From a bacterium (GTDB lineage Bacteria; Zhuqueibacterota; QNDG01; JAGLOF01): a DNA stretch of 64,000 bases. A program made the translations under genes and the position numbers. The DNA is taken from NCBI GenBank assembly GCA_023139105.1, contig JAGLOF010000052.1:13825-77824 (forward strand), given 5' to 3'. The notes under the pieces were generated by a model. The model saw nothing but the letters and a program-made list of their open reading frames with translations. It searched no databases and was not told the origin of the DNA. Each line of letters opens with the position of its first letter. Positions within the stretch are counted from its first letter, which is position 1. Shown one piece after another: positions 62,929 through 64,000 of this stretch.

Positions 62929-64000
62929 TTCGGGAAATATTTATGAGAATCCGGCGTTTAACAACATAGCACTGGGAGATTACGCCGATAGATTCAAGAC
63001 GCCTCTATATCTCTATCATGCTGGTTCTACCTTGCAGAGAATCAGAGAATTAAGAGTGCGCCTGAATCCGTCAATTCAATTGTATTATGCTGTGAAAGCA
63101 AATCCCAATCCTCATTTATTAGCGTTGTTAAAGAACAGTGTAGATGGTTTTGATATCAGTTCGGGAGGGGAATTACAGCGGGCTCTGGATGTAGGGTGTA
63201 ATCCCGAGCACTTCAGTTTTGCTGGTCCTGGTAAGAGTAATGAAGAACTTGAGCTTGCTATTAAATCCGGAACCGGCTCCATAAGTATCGAATCGATCAA
63301 TGAACTGAATCGCATTGAATTGATAGCCACTGATCTTAGATTGAAGGCCAATGTATCTGTACGTATCAATCCGGAACGTCTGTTCAGGGCATTTGCTATT
63401 AAAATGGGCGGCAAATCATCTCAGTTTGGAGTAAATGAAGAAGATTTATCATTGTTTTTCAAGGCATTTGAAAAGACATCCAGCTGTATTTTAACGGGGC
63501 TGCATGTTTATGCCGGTACGCAGTGTCTGGATGCCGATACAATCATTGAAAATGTGAAAAATACTCTGGAGATTGCCAGGAGAATTATCATTGAATTTAA
63601 ATACCCGCTTAAAAAAATCAATCTGGGCGGCGGATTTGGAATTCCATATTATGATGGCCAGGAAGCTCTGGATGGCAATGCACTGGCTTCTGATTTATCA
63701 GAGATAATGAAGGAATTTATTGATGATGTTGGCCTTCCGGATTTACACGCCATCTTGGAACTTGGACGTTATATAATGGCTCCTGCCGGGATTTACATGG
63801 CAAGAATTGTGGATAAAAAAGAATCGAGAGGGCGTATTTACTGTGTTCTTGATGGTGGCATGCATCATCACCTTGCTGCTAGTGGTAATTTCGGCCAGGT
63901 TATTAGAAAAAATTTTAAAGTCAGTAATGTGTCAACGCCCTCTGGTAAGATGGAAAAAGTAACATTGGTCGGGCCTCTTTGCACTTCTATTGATGTGATG
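62921..64000 (+). CDS. PLP-dependent decarboxylase, Orn/DAP/Arg decarboxylase family (fold type III). The C-terminus lies beyond the right edge.
   Basis: Hand translation from ATG 62921 (8-nt overlap with the ligase): MNNSGNIYENPAF...TPLYLYHAGSTL...LYYAVKANPNPHLL...SSGGELQRAL...KMGGKSSQFGV...GLHVYAGTQ...INLGGGFGIPY...ILELGRYIMAPAG...VLDGGMHHHL. It is not in the ORF track because it has no stop inside the window. Confidence 0.85.
   Translation, partial: MNNSGNIYENPAFNNIALGDYADRFKTPLYLYHAGSTLQRIRELRVRLNPSIQLYYAVKANPNPHLLALLKNSVDGFDISSGGELQRALDVGCNPEHFSFAGPGKSNEELELAIKSGTGSISIESINELNRIELIATDLRLKANVSVRINPERLFRAFAIKMGGKSSQFGVNEEDLSLFFKAFEKTSSCILTGLHVYAGTQCLDADTIIENVKNTLEIARRIIIEFKYPLKKINLGGGFGIPYYDGQEALDGNALASDLSEIMKEFIDDVGLPDLHAILELGRYIMAPAGIYMARIVDKKESRGRIYCVLDGGMHHHLAASGNFGQVIRKNFKVSNVSTPSGKMEKVTLVGPLCTSIDVM

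Overview
This 64-kb chromosomal window comes from a Gram-negative bacterium that looks uncultivated. It best fits a non-Bacteroidetes member of the FCB superphylum. Supporting this, it has a T9SS C-terminal sorting-domain cargo protein, GWxTD and DUF5683 proteins, canonical TTGACA/TATAAT promoters and AGGAGG ribosome-binding sites. Anaerobe-type Fe-S and radical-SAM genes are also present.

Layout:
(i) 1-14.9 kb, minus strand. A translationally coupled Wzx/Wzy polysaccharide operon: initiating transferase, 4 GT4, Wzy, GT2, Wzx, Wzz-like PCP, Wza-like exporter, UDP-GlcNAc dehydrogenase-like enzyme, rfbB, RmlC-like cupin and a GNAT.
(ii) 15-42 kb, housekeeping core. An orphan T9SS cargo gene; a DUF134/IscU-like/Mrp operon; folK and a deoxynucleoside kinase; RidA; a PHP hydrolase; purF; a UbiA-ferredoxin-geranylgeranyl reductase-CDP-alcohol transferase lipid module; ftsY; rimO; purN; purH; mreBCD-mrdA-rodA; lgt; a CpoB-like TPR lipoprotein; a divergent GlgA-like protein; and a STAS-domain protein.
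(iii) 42.3-64 kb, plus strand. A second EPS locus: Wza-like exporter, Wzc tyrosine autokinase, epimerase, initiating transferase, GT4, AsnB-like amidotransferase, a tailoring block (SAM methyltransferase, GlpD-like flavoenzyme, radical SAM/SPASM, SDR, acetyltransferase-GT2 fusion), GT4, flippase, FkbM methyltransferase, then a carrier protein, an adenylating ligase and a PLP decarboxylase that runs off the right edge.

I recognised no rRNA, tRNA, CRISPR array, transposase or integrase.

The items most worth a second look are:
- the archaeal-style isoprenoid-lipid gene module at 23.97-26.84 kb;
- the redox and radical-SAM sugar-tailoring block inside a compositionally distinct 10-kb segment of EPS locus 2;
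- the carrier-protein/ligase/decarboxylase cassette;
- a set of unusual intergenic repeats: a 22-bp perfect inverted repeat, a 38-nt perfect palindrome, an inverted pair of GC-rich hairpin repeats, and 7-, 9- and 14-bp tandem arrays.

All calls come from reading the translations and sequence by eye. No database search was possible.
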